NCBI GenBank assembly: GCA_016935525.1
Contig: JAFGQU010000023.1
Coordinates: 897-64,896 of the forward strand
Direction: 5' to 3'
Source: Candidatus Omnitrophota bacterium
GTDB taxonomy: Bacteria > Omnitrophota > Gorgyraeia > Duberdicusellales > 4484-171
Length of the DNA stretch: 64,000 nt
In this document: positions 18,755-27,904 of the stretch, piece by piece
Numbering within the stretch: position 1 is the first letter of the stretch
How the letters are laid out: every line of letters begins with the position of its first letter
Position numbers and translations under genes: made by a program
The notes under the pieces: model-generated
The model's input: only the letters and a program-made list of their open reading frames with translations
Told to the model about the DNA's origin: nothing
Database searches by the model: none

Positions 18755-19209
18755 AGCGGTACGCGTTCGACAAACACGACCCCGCTCACATGGTCTATTT
18801 CATGCTGAAATATCACCGCCAGTGTCCCTTCGGCTTCGATATCGAGCGGGTTACCGTATTCATCAAGCGCATGGACCCACACTCGGCTTGCCCGGCGGAT
18901 CGTCAGGTTTATTCCGGGAAAACTTAAACACCCTTCCTCAAAATCGATCTTCCCCTGATATTTGACGATTCTCGCGTTAACCAGTTTGAACAATTTATCG
19001 CCGGCCTCGATCACGACCAGAGAATCACGCAGGCCCGCCTGGTTAGCGGCAAGCCCTACGCCGTCGGTCTTTTTCATCAATGTATACATATCGTCAAGCA
19101 TTCGGCGGGTATGTTCATCGACCGCCTTGACCTTCCGGCACCGTTTTTTTAAACCCTTATCAGGCCAGATACGAATTTTTAATTCGGTTACTTTCGTTAA
19201 GTTCGACAT
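18703..19209 (-). CDS. def: peptide deformylase
   Basis: GVGLAANQ, EGCLSFPG and QHEIDH motifs. Confidence 0.85.
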   Translation of the reverse strand: MSNLTKVTELKIRIWPDKGLKKRCRKVKAVDEHTRRMLDDMYTLMKKTDGVGLAANQAGLRDSLVVIEAGDKLFKLVNARIVKYQGKIDFEEGCLSFPGINLTIRRASRVWVHALDEYGNPLDIEAEGTLAVIFQHEIDHVSGVVFVERVPLWQRWKLRPKLKKLTQG

Positions 19210-19522
19210 ATTTCACCTTTAACGTCTCTATCTCCTCATCGCTGTAGGCTCCGTAAGAAAGTATGATCAATTTATCTCCTTCACAGCCTAACCGCGCCGC
19301 CGGGCCGTTCAGACAAACGACTCCGCTGTCGGGTTCGCCTTTGATCACGTAGGTCTCAAACCTCTGGCCGTTATTCAGATTCAATACCTCTACTTTTTCG
19401 CCCGCGTAAAGGCCGGCCGACTGGATGATCTTCTCATCCAGAGTAATGCTCCCCTGGTAATACAACTGAGCTTCAGTGACTATCGCGTAGGATATCTTTG
19501 ATTTAAGCATTGTCCTCATCAT
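19160..19522 (-). CDS. panD: aspartate 1-decarboxylase
   Basis: MMRTMLKSKI N-terminus and pyruvoyl-forming GS site, matching E. coli PanD. Confidence 0.85.
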   Translation of the reverse strand: MMRTMLKSKISYAIVTEAQLYYQGSITLDEKIIQSAGLYAGEKVEVLNLNNGQRFETYVIKGEPDSGVVCLNGPAARLGCEGDKLIILSYGAYSDEEIETLKVKYVELNESNRIKNSYLA

Positions 19523-19533
19523 AGCGTGCTCCT

Positions 19534-20628
19534 CTATGCCCTCTTTTTACTCTTTATCAGGTTATATGTCAAGAGACCGATCATTTGTTCCTCGTTGGTA
19601 GGTACTACTAAAAACTTGGTCGTCTTTTTTACGACACCGGCCAACTGTTTTTTTATCCGGGCAATAAAATCCGGGTTATGTTCTCCGATGCCGGCGGTAA
19701 AACAGACCGCGTCGGCCCCGCCCAGGATAAACCAGTACGCGCCGATATATTTTACAATCCGGTAAAGAAACATATCGAGCGCCAACCGGGCACGACGTGA
19801 CCCTTTTTTGACCCCTTTTTTGATCTCGCGCATATCATTACTTATCCCGGAGATACCCAACAGGCCGCTTTTCTTGTTTAAGATCTGGTCGATCTCACGT
19901 GGGGCCAAACCGTTTTTCTCCATCAAATACAGGACCGCGGCGGCGTCGATATCGCCCGAACGTGTCCCCATGATCAATCCTTCCAGCGGAGTAAACCCCA
20001 TCGACGTATCGATCGATCTGCCCTGTTGTATCGCGGTAATACTGCAGCCGTTGCCGAGATGACAGGTGATCAGGTTCAACTTACCGAGCGGTTTCCCAAG
20101 TATCCTCGAGGCTTGTTGCGCGACGAACTGATGCGACGTCCCGTGAAACCCGTATTTCCGGATACCGTCACGGCGGTAATATTCGAAAGGGACCGCGTAC
20201 ATATACGCGTACTCGGGAATACTGTGATGAAACGCGGTATCGAATACCGCGACTTGAGCGACCCGGGGTAACGCCTGGGTACAAGCTTTTATACCTTCCA
20301 GGTTCGCCGGGTTATGAAGCGGAGCGAATTTACTGCATTCTTTGATCTTGTTGATGACTGCCGGAGTTATCCGGTGAGGCTGCCAGAAAGTTTCCGCGCC
20401 GTGGACTACCCGGTGGCCGATCGCTTCGATCTCACCTATTGATGTGATCGCGCGCGCTTTAAACAGGTTGTCAAAGACAACCTTCATCGCTTGGGCGTGA
20501 TCGGTAAGGTTGGAATGGCCTTCACCGATATGTTCGATGAGGCCGGCCGAGAGCGATTCTCCTTTAGGGAACGAATAAAACTTATATTTAATCGAGGAAC
20601 TGCCGCAATTAATCGTGAGGATTTTCAT
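19534..20628 (-). CDS. ackA: acetate (acetate/propionate/butyrate family) kinase
   Basis: MKILTINCGSSSIKY N-terminus; 4 nt overlap with upstream pta-like gene. Confidence 0.75.
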   Translation of the reverse strand: MKILTINCGSSSIKYKFYSFPKGESLSAGLIEHIGEGHSNLTDHAQAMKVVFDNLFKARAITSIGEIEAIGHRVVHGAETFWQPHRITPAVINKIKECSKFAPLHNPANLEGIKACTQALPRVAQVAVFDTAFHHSIPEYAYMYAVPFEYYRRDGIRKYGFHGTSHQFVAQQASRILGKPLGKLNLITCHLGNGCSITAIQQGRSIDTSMGFTPLEGLIMGTRSGDIDAAAVLYLMEKNGLAPREIDQILNKKSGLLGISGISNDMREIKKGVKKGSRRARLALDMFLYRIVKYIGAYWFILGGADAVCFTAGIGEHNPDFIARIKKQLAGVVKKTTKFLVVPTNEEQMIGLLTYNLIKSKKRA

Positions 20629-21566
20629 TTTTCTTGGGCTCTAATCACAGTAATCGCGGTACAATCGATAATATCCTGGGCCGAACACCCCCGGGAAAGA
20701 TCGCTGCAGGGCTGGATAGTCCCCAGGATAATCGGACCGATCGCTTTAGCGCGCGCTAACCGTTCGGTAAGTTTATAGCAGATATTCCCGGCATCGAGAT
20801 TAGGGAAGATCAAGACGTTGGCTTTACCGGCGACCTCGCTGCCTTTGATTTTGATCTCGGCGACTTCCGGGACGAGAGCCGCGTCACCCTGGTATTCCCC
20901 TTCGATAAGGAACTCGTTTGTCTTCGATTTAGCAAGAGTGACCGCTTCCCTTACCTTCTCGATCCAACGGCCTTCGGCGCTGCCGGCTGTAGAGAAACTT
21001 AACAGCGCCACTCGCGGTTCAAATTTTAAAACATGTTTTGTAAATTGCGCGGTAGAAATAGCTATTTTGGCAAGTTGTTCGCTGGTCGGATAAGGGATCA
21101 CTCCGCAATCGGCGTACACCAGGATCCCGTTTTCGCCGTATTGGCAATTGGGGACTTCCATCACGAAACAGCTGGAGATCAATCCGAAACTTTTATCCAG
21201 CTCCAGGCACTGCAGGGCCGCGCGGATGACCGAAGACGTAGTGAACGTCGCGCCGGCGACAAATCCGTCGGCATAGCCCAGGCGTACCAGCGTCGCTCCG
21301 TAATAGAGCGGATTTTCCATCAATTCGCGGGCTTCTTCAAAAGTGACTCCTTTGATCTGTTTCTTTTCATAGAAAAAGTTCGCGAATTCTTCCTGTTTTT
21401 CCGGCTCGATATTGTCCTGGGTAAGCAGCAGGGGTTGCGCGATCTTTTCTTTCCTTATATATTCGACCGCCTCCAGGACTCTTTCATCGGAGGGTTCCGG
21501 GAATACGATCCTTTTGGGATTTTCTTTTGCCTGGTTTCTTAACATCTCACTGATCTGGTACATCAT
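20625..21566 (-). CDS. pta: phosphate acetyl/butyryl-transferase (PTA_PTB family)
   Basis: PTA_PTB fold motifs; operonic with ackA. Confidence 0.7.
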   Translation of the reverse strand: MMYQISEMLRNQAKENPKRIVFPEPSDERVLEAVEYIRKEKIAQPLLLTQDNIEPEKQEEFANFFYEKKQIKGVTFEEARELMENPLYYGATLVRLGYADGFVAGATFTTSSVIRAALQCLELDKSFGLISSCFVMEVPNCQYGENGILVYADCGVIPYPTSEQLAKIAISTAQFTKHVLKFEPRVALLSFSTAGSAEGRWIEKVREAVTLAKSKTNEFLIEGEYQGDAALVPEVAEIKIKGSEVAGKANVLIFPNLDAGNICYKLTERLARAKAIGPIILGTIQPCSDLSRGCSAQDIIDCTAITVIRAQEK

Positions 21567-21769
21567 TCCTCCTGATAAATCGGACGTGATTATTTACTGT
21601 CTTTAAGAATAATAAGAAAAATGTTACCACAAACAATTTTACTATTCAAGGACTATCTATTCAATCGACAGTCCATGGTCCATAGACCATAGTCCGTGGT
21701 CCGTCGACTATTGACTGTTGACTATTAACCATTTAGAATGGACATTCATATAATTGATATATTGAACAT

Positions 21770-23164
21770 ATGCCTCAGTCTCAGTCGCAACCCAACCGTC
21801 TTACCGAAGGCCCGATCATCAGGTCTCTACTGATCCTGGCGTTCCCCCTTATTTTAAGCAACCTCCTGCAGACCGCGTACCAGCTTACCGATACGTTCTG
21901 GCTGGGCCGGCTGGGCGCCGACGCGGTCGCCGCGGTATCGGTAAGTTTTCCGGTGATCTTTCTTCTGGCTTCTCTCGGTATCGGGTTTACCCTGGCCGGG
22001 ACGATCATCGTCTCTCACCTGAAAGGGTCAAACAGTCAGGACGAGATCGACCATGCTTCGTCTCAGATCCTTTTCATCGTATGTATCGTCGCTCTGGTTA
22101 TCTCGATAATCGGGTACTTCATCACTCCGGTTTTGATCAACCTGTTACGCACGCCGTCCGATGTTTACAGGGGAGCGGTCGCGTATCTTAAGATCTCATT
22201 CATCGGGTTTATTTTCCTGTTCATCTATTTTACGTTTCAGGCGCTCCTGCGCGGTATCGGTAACGTAAAAACTCCGCTGATCATCATCCTGGGGACCGTC
22301 CTTTTGAACCTGGTCCTTGACCCTATATTCATCTTCGGATACGGACCGATCCCCGCCTTCGGCGTGGAAGGAGCGGCCGTGACCACGCTTATCACTCAAG
22401 GCCTTGCCGGAGCGATTGGCATTTTCATCCTTAAAAGCGGACGATACGGCATTTCGCTTAAAATGAGGTCCTGTAAGATCGACATCCCTTTCCTCCGCAC
22501 GGTACTTGCCTTAGCGGTACCGGCATCGATCGAGAATTCGACGATCGCGGTCAGTTTGACCGCGATGATCTTTTTGATCACGGGGTTCGGGACTATCCCG
22601 CTTGCCGCCTACGGCATCGGCGCCCGGATATTGAATTTCGTATTTTTTCCTGCGCTCGCGCTTTCGATGGCGACCTCTATCCTGGTCGGACAGAATATCG
22701 GCGCCGGGAAAAAGGACCGGGCGAAACGAATAGCCAGGATCTGCGCGGTATTTACTTTTGCCGCGTTGACCCTGTTCGGTATGATCTTTTTTATTTTTGC
22801 CCGGGGTATCTCGACACTGTTTATCCCGCACAACCGCGAAGTCATCACGGCAAGCACCGTGTTCATCCGGATCCTTTCCCTCTCATTCGGATTCATGGGT
22901 ATCCATATGGTATTACGCGGCGCGTTCCGCGGTGCCGGCAACACTAAGCTGGCGATGATATTCACTATTATATATCTCTGGGGGTTACGGTTCCCGCTGG
23001 CTTTTATCCTTTCCCGGTACACGGAGCTTAAGATCTCCGGTATATGGTGGGCATTCCCGGCGACCAACATCATTACCGCGTTATGTACTATTGCCGTTTT
23101 CGCGTGGGGAAAATGGCAAAAAGAAAGAATAATAACGTTTATCGAGCGTTATCCCGATGCCTGA
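21770..23164 (+). CDS. MATE family efflux transporter
   Basis: 12 TM; PLILSNLLQTAYQLTDTFWLGRLG signature. Confidence 0.8.
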   Translation: MPQSQSQPNRLTEGPIIRSLLILAFPLILSNLLQTAYQLTDTFWLGRLGADAVAAVSVSFPVIFLLASLGIGFTLAGTIIVSHLKGSNSQDEIDHASSQILFIVCIVALVISIIGYFITPVLINLLRTPSDVYRGAVAYLKISFIGFIFLFIYFTFQALLRGIGNVKTPLIIILGTVLLNLVLDPIFIFGYGPIPAFGVEGAAVTTLITQGLAGAIGIFILKSGRYGISLKMRSCKIDIPFLRTVLALAVPASIENSTIAVSLTAMIFLITGFGTIPLAAYGIGARILNFVFFPALALSMATSILVGQNIGAGKKDRAKRIARICAVFTFAALTLFGMIFFIFARGISTLFIPHNREVITASTVFIRILSLSFGFMGIHMVLRGAFRGAGNTKLAMIFTIIYLWGLRFPLAFILSRYTELKISGIWWAFPATNIITALCTIAVFAWGKWQKERIITFIERYPDA

Positions 23165-23990
23165 AAAAAAGAAACCTTCCGGTTATTCCCTCACCCGCTT
23201 CAAAAAGATCATTCATGGTTTCTATTTGAAAGAAGGCCGCTCGTTTCCCTGGCGCGATACGCGCGACCCTTACCGTATCCTCGTCTCGGAGATGATGCTT
23301 CAGCAGACCCAGGTCGAACGGGTCCTTGAAAAATATTCTCCGTTCTTAAAAGAGTTTCCGGACATCCGCACCCTGGCAAGGGGTTCACTTAACAAAGTCT
23401 TATTGTTATGGCAGGGATTAGGGTATAACCGCCGGGCCCTGGCGCTTTACCGTAGCGCGCAAAAAGCGGTGAAAGAATATCACGGCACCTTGCCCGCTGA
23501 CATAACGTTGCTCCGGGAGTTTCCCGGTATCGGACAATCAACGGCCGGCGCGCTCTGCGCGTTCGCTTTTGACCTTCCGGTGATATTCATCGAGACCAAT
23601 ATCCGGAGGGTATTCATCCATTTTTTCTTCTCGCAGGCGCGCTCGGTCCGGGATGAAGAGCTTATCCCTTTGATCGAGGCGACCCTTGATAAAAAAAATC
23701 CGCGTGATTGGTATTACGCGTTGATGGATTACGGGACAATGCTGAAAAAAACCCGCGATAACCCTAACCTGCGCAGCGCTCATTATCGTGTTCAATCGCG
23801 GTTTGCCGGGTCGAACCGCGAGATTCGCGGAGCGATCCTGAGGCTGATCACCGCGAGCGGCCCCAGATCAAAGCAAGAGATCTTGAAAGATACCGGGTTC
23901 GATCATGAACGTATCGAAAAAAGTATCACCTCCCTCATCAAAGAAGGGTTCCTCGTCAAAAAAAACAACTGGGTTTATATCGGCAAGTAA
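23157..23990 (+). CDS. HhH-GPD base-excision glycosylase (MutY/EndoIII-like N-terminal domain; no 4Fe-4S Cys cluster seen)
   Basis: LVSEMMLQQTQVERV and GLGYNRRA (HhH) motifs. Confidence 0.6.
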   Translation: MPEKKKPSGYSLTRFKKIIHGFYLKEGRSFPWRDTRDPYRILVSEMMLQQTQVERVLEKYSPFLKEFPDIRTLARGSLNKVLLLWQGLGYNRRALALYRSAQKAVKEYHGTLPADITLLREFPGIGQSTAGALCAFAFDLPVIFIETNIRRVFIHFFFSQARSVRDEELIPLIEATLDKKNPRDWYYALMDYGTMLKKTRDNPNLRSAHYRVQSRFAGSNREIRGAILRLITASGPRSKQEILKDTGFDHERIEKSITSLIKEGFLVKKNNWVYIGK

Positions 23991-23994
23991 ATGA

Positions 23995-24807
23995 TTATTC
24001 GGGAGAGGTATCCTGCGCTCCGGAAAGCGCATCCGGCGGTAACGACCGTTTCACCGCGATAAACAGTTTCTGCAGGTTCTCATCGGAACTTTTTGTCTGT
24101 AACGCTTTCTCGAAAGATTCCAGCGCCTTCAGTTTTTCTTTTTTTCCTAAATAGGATATCCCCAGGTTCTCGAATAACGCGGCATCGTGCAGGCCGAGTT
24201 CGAGCGACGTAGTATAATTTTCGATCGCCGCGTCATATTGTTTCGTCATCAAATAAGTATTGGCCAGTTCATAATATATCTCCGGCCATTCGGGATATAT
24301 CCCGCTCGCTTTTTTAAGGAACTTAAGCGATTGTTCGAAATCGCCTTTATACCGGTACAAAAGGCCCAGGTTATATAACGCAAACACATTATCGGGGCGT
24401 ATTTTTAAAGACTGATAAAGATATTTCTCGGCATCGTCGAATTCACCTAACCCCATATATTCTCTTCCCAGATTCACATAGACGATAAAATCTCCGGCCC
24501 CTTTTTCGATCAGGCGGGTCCGCGCTTTTATCGTCTCTTCCCAGAACCCGTAATAGTCGGCAATAAACGCCCATTGATTGATAAGGTCTATATTATCGGG
24601 CGACTCTTCCAGGCGGTTTTTTATCTCGGCCAATCCTTTATAGATCGATATTTTAGAAGCCAGCGGCGCGACCTGAAAATCCATCGGCGATTTCGCGCAT
24701 ACCTCACGGCTCCCCCACAAAGACACGATAACCGCCGCGATTAAAGTCAAGATAACGATCTTATTGTTCATGATGTTCATGGTGATGTTTAAGAGGGGCC
24801 TGTCCAT
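23995..24807 (-). CDS. secreted TPR-repeat protein
   Basis: Signal peptide then multiple TPR-like A/Y/L repeats. Confidence 0.7.
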   Translation of the reverse strand: MDRPLLNITMNIMNNKIVILTLIAAVIVSLWGSREVCAKSPMDFQVAPLASKISIYKGLAEIKNRLEESPDNIDLINQWAFIADYYGFWEETIKARTRLIEKGAGDFIVYVNLGREYMGLGEFDDAEKYLYQSLKIRPDNVFALYNLGLLYRYKGDFEQSLKFLKKASGIYPEWPEIYYELANTYLMTKQYDAAIENYTTSLELGLHDAALFENLGISYLGKKEKLKALESFEKALQTKSSDENLQKLFIAVKRSLPPDALSGAQDTSPE

Positions 24808-25327
24808 TATTGAATACCGGGCTATAGAATATCAGGCTATTGGCGATAAAAAAAAGCATGAATAACGCGATTACTACTTTTCCGGAAATCGCGATGAGAC
24901 GGCCGACGACGCCGCCGGCGCCCGATTTAAGCGACCGGCGCCAGTCACGATGGACGATGAGTTCGGTCAAGAACGCCCCGCAAAATATACCTAAAAACGT
25001 CCCTAAGAATATCCCGATCCCCAATAAAAATACTCCTAAAAATCCGCCAATGAAGCCGCCGATAAGCGCGCCGACGATTGCCCGGGAAGACGCGCCGAAT
25101 TTTTTCGCGCCGATAATCACGCCGGCGTATTCGATTATTTCTCCGATCACATAGCAGACCAGGAGGATGGCCAATGTCTGTATCCCGATCACGGAAAATC
25201 GGGTGGCCAACGCGTAAAGGATACTTCCCAGAAAAATGATCAGCGTACCGAAGTTGGTAAAAAAGATACAGATAAATCCGGCAACACTCGACAACACCAA
25301 TAGGGTCAAAGCGATAATCTCGATCAT
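24761..25327 (-). CDS. DUF456-like small membrane protein (His-rich C-terminus)
   Basis: Start moved to the ATG preceded by AGAGGGA; the longer ORF would read into a GTCACAC repeat. Confidence 0.55.
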   Translation of the reverse strand: MIEIIALTLLVLSSVAGFICIFFTNFGTLIIFLGSILYALATRFSVIGIQTLAILLVCYVIGEIIEYAGVIIGAKKFGASSRAIVGALIGGFIGGFLGVFLLGIGIFLGTFLGIFCGAFLTELIVHRDWRRSLKSGAGGVVGRLIAISGKVVIALFMLFFIANSLIFYSPVFNNGQAPLKHHHEHHEQ

Positions 25328-25351
25328 TGTCCCTCTACGGTAATATTCAAA

Positions 25352-25401
25352 GTCACACGACACCCCGTGAGCTTACGCAACGGGGCACGCACGACACACG
25401 T
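25352..25401. repeat. GTCACACGACAC module with inserted hairpin CCCCGTGAGCTTACGCAACGGGG
   Basis: Read directly. Confidence 0.6.
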
Positions 25402-25646
25402 AATTGAAATGTCGTCTTACGGATGTCGGTTACGCAGCCCGTATCGGGATTCGTCTTTCGGTTACGATTTTCAAAAAAGCCGTTGCCGTTAACCGATTGG
25501 CGATACGGGCTTCGTCACCGTTTACCGAATGACGAAAGAGTTTATGTGACCTTGCCCCCTGAAATTTATCACTGATAAATTTCGGGGATTCAGTCCCAGG
25601 AATTCTCCGAATTCCACGGGATTTCGCGTTTCGCGTTACGTTCTCT

Positions 25647-26156
25647 TTATAGCCATCCGCATAACGCGAACGCGCAGATGGTTTTCGCATCGATTATTTT
25701 CCCCGTTTTGAACAGGCGGCGGATGAGAGATCTCGTGACCACTTTCGTTACGAGCACCTCATCGTCATCCAGATCTTTTTGACGTTTTATCAGATGTTCG
25801 GCTTTATAAATAGAGATCTTTTCGGTCGAATAGCCCGGGACCGGATAGATCATTCCTAACCGCGTAAACTTTTTCGCGGCGTAACCGGTCTCCTCGATCA
25901 CCTCTCTACGGGCACAGGACAACGCGGATTCTCCTTTATCGATCGTGCCGGCAGGCAATTCATACAGATATTTTGAAATGACCGGACGTAACTGCCGCAA
26001 AATGATCACCGAATCCTTCGCAAGGAAAGGGACAATCAATGCCGCCCCCGGATGACGGACGATTTCCAGCTGCACTTTTCTGCCATGCGGCAGGCGCGCC
26101 CGCCGGGTGACCAGATGGAACAGGCGGCCGTTATAAATACTTTTTTCCTTTGCCAT
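25647..26156 (-). CDS. NUDIX hydrolase (ADP-ribose pyrophosphatase-like)
   Basis: Nudix box GESALSCARREVIEETG. Confidence 0.8.
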   Translation of the reverse strand: MAKEKSIYNGRLFHLVTRRARLPHGRKVQLEIVRHPGAALIVPFLAKDSVIILRQLRPVISKYLYELPAGTIDKGESALSCARREVIEETGYAAKKFTRLGMIYPVPGYSTEKISIYKAEHLIKRQKDLDDDEVLVTKVVTRSLIRRLFKTGKIIDAKTICAFALCGWL

Positions 26157-26290
26157 TTGTTTTGCGGTCTCCAGTATATAGTCTCTGGTCTCTCGTCATT
26201 ACTCATTCGATTACAGGACTAAATACCATAGACCAGCGACTAGAGACTATATTTATATCGAAAAATAAATTTATTTACAGGAGGGGCAGG

Positions 26291-26698
26291 TTACGTCTTC
26301 AAATGTTCAAAAAGCATCTGGGCCACAAATTCTGCCAGATGGGTATTTTGCGATTTGATGATTATTTTAGTCTTTTTGGGGTCGATCTTCTCGAAAAAGA
26401 ACCCCACTTTACTGCTATCGCCGCAACGGGGAAAGATGTCTGAAAAACGGATGGCGACGATATATTGCCGGCGCTGGTTTTTAAGATAGGCGTTGGCGCC
26501 GATCTCCTGAAGGATCTCAAGAGTCCGCTCATAACAAAGCGCATAATCTTTATCAATAACTGCGGATGCGCTTTCTTTCTGGATCTCTAAAGGGTATACC
26601 GAGGTACCGATCATCTGTTTGACGGTACGTACCGGCGAACATCCCGAAAAGAGCACCGTACTTATAAGGAAAATGAACACATATGTCTTTATATTCAT
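26291..26698 (-). CDS. lipoprotein, hypothetical
   Basis: Lipobox LFSGC. Confidence 0.45.
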   Translation of the reverse strand: MNIKTYVFIFLISTVLFSGCSPVRTVKQMIGTSVYPLEIQKESASAVIDKDYALCYERTLEILQEIGANAYLKNQRRQYIVAIRFSDIFPRCGDSSKVGFFFEKIDPKKTKIIIKSQNTHLAEFVAQMLFEHLKT

Positions 26699-26817
26699 GA
26701 TTCTTTATCCTACCAAAAACACTTAATATGTCAATATGACCTTAATTCGATAGTTGAACTACAGTAGGAATATGTACGCTCTCGCTCACGAAACGAAGTG
26801 AAGCATATGTCGTCCCG

Positions 26818-27330
26818 TCAGGGGCACATTTCAATAGATTTCAATATTTTATCGACTACCTGGTTGACAGTCATATTTTTGCCGACCCGTACCTTAAGGT
26901 GGGCATATTTTTTATACAACGGTAACCGTTCGGCATATAATCGCGCGAGGTTTTTTTTCTCCAAACCGACTATCCCCCGGGAAGATCTGTTTTTAATATG
27001 CGCGCGGATAGTCGCAAGCGGCGCCGCCAGAAAGATTATCTTCGTATTTTTTCTCAAATAGCGCATCGCCTCAGGCGAATAGACGACACTCCCGCCGGGG
27101 GAAATCACATAGCCGGACGCCTTTTTAAGGGCCAGCCCGATGACGGTATCTTTTTCGAGGGTTAAAAACCTATCTTCGCCGATAGTATCGATAAGCTTCT
27201 GTAATTTCCGGCCGGTCTTCTTTTCTATCAATCGGTCGGTATCGATACACAAAGTGCGCATCTTTCTGGCAAGAGCCCTGCCCAACACGCTTTTTCCCAC
27301 ACCGACCATACCGATCAACGTCACATTCAT
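26818..27330 (-). CDS. aroK: shikimate kinase
   Basis: GMVGVGKS P-loop and shikimate kinase length. Confidence 0.85.
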   Translation of the reverse strand: MNVTLIGMVGVGKSVLGRALARKMRTLCIDTDRLIEKKTGRKLQKLIDTIGEDRFLTLEKDTVIGLALKKASGYVISPGGSVVYSPEAMRYLRKNTKIIFLAAPLATIRAHIKNRSSRGIVGLEKKNLARLYAERLPLYKKYAHLKVRVGKNMTVNQVVDKILKSIEMCP

Positions 27331-27337
27331 ATTTTGA

Positions 27338-27545
27338 TTGTATCACTGAAAAATGAAATCCGAAATCCTAAATCCGAAATTCGAAACTCCCGCCTCCAGC
27401 GGGATCCCGCTAAATAACAATACTAAGGGGCGGGAAAATCCGAATAACTAAAATCCTAATGACCAAAACCCTAAACCGAACCCGTTTATAACATTAGGAT
27501 TTTCTTCATTTGGAATATTGTTTCGGATTTAGTGCTTCGGATTTC
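27338..27545. repeat. AAATCCGAA / GGATTT word repeats plus palindrome AGCGGGATCCCGCT
   Basis: Read directly. Confidence 0.55.
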
Positions 27546-27559
27546 CTCCGAAGGCGGGG

Positions 27560-27814
27560 TTATTCGATATACACTCTATCGCCGGGCCGGACGTCTTCAT
27601 CGAGGATATCTCTCACGATAATGGTGACCTTGAGGTTCCCTTCGATCTGACGCAATGAACCGCCCTTTGTCTCGATCTTTAAAAGTTTGAACCGTTTGCC
27701 GCCCCAGGTACTGCCGATATCGCCTTCGGCGATCTTCCCGCGCATAAGTTCACCCGGTAACGCCAGGAGTTCTCCTACCTTATTGACTTCATGGACTTGG
27801 AATTCCGCGCTCAA
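27560..27814 (-). CDS. small hypothetical protein (84 aa, beta-rich)
   Basis: ORF only. Confidence 0.35.
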   Translation of the reverse strand: MSAEFQVHEVNKVGELLALPGELMRGKIAEGDIGSTWGGKRFKLLKIETKGGSLRQIEGNLKVTIIVRDILDEDVRPGDRVYIE

Positions 27815-27904
27815 ATTATTTCTCCTTTATGTTGACGGCCTTACGTTTCATGAAACAAAGCATTTTATCACAAATCCCCGGAAAAGACACCTTATCAAGG
27901 GAAC

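Noticed and set aside
23157-23990. Calling the HhH-GPD protein MutY
   Set aside because: It is only 277 aa, with no C-terminal NUDIX-like domain and no four-Cys Fe-S loop; kept as a generic HhH-GPD glycosylase.
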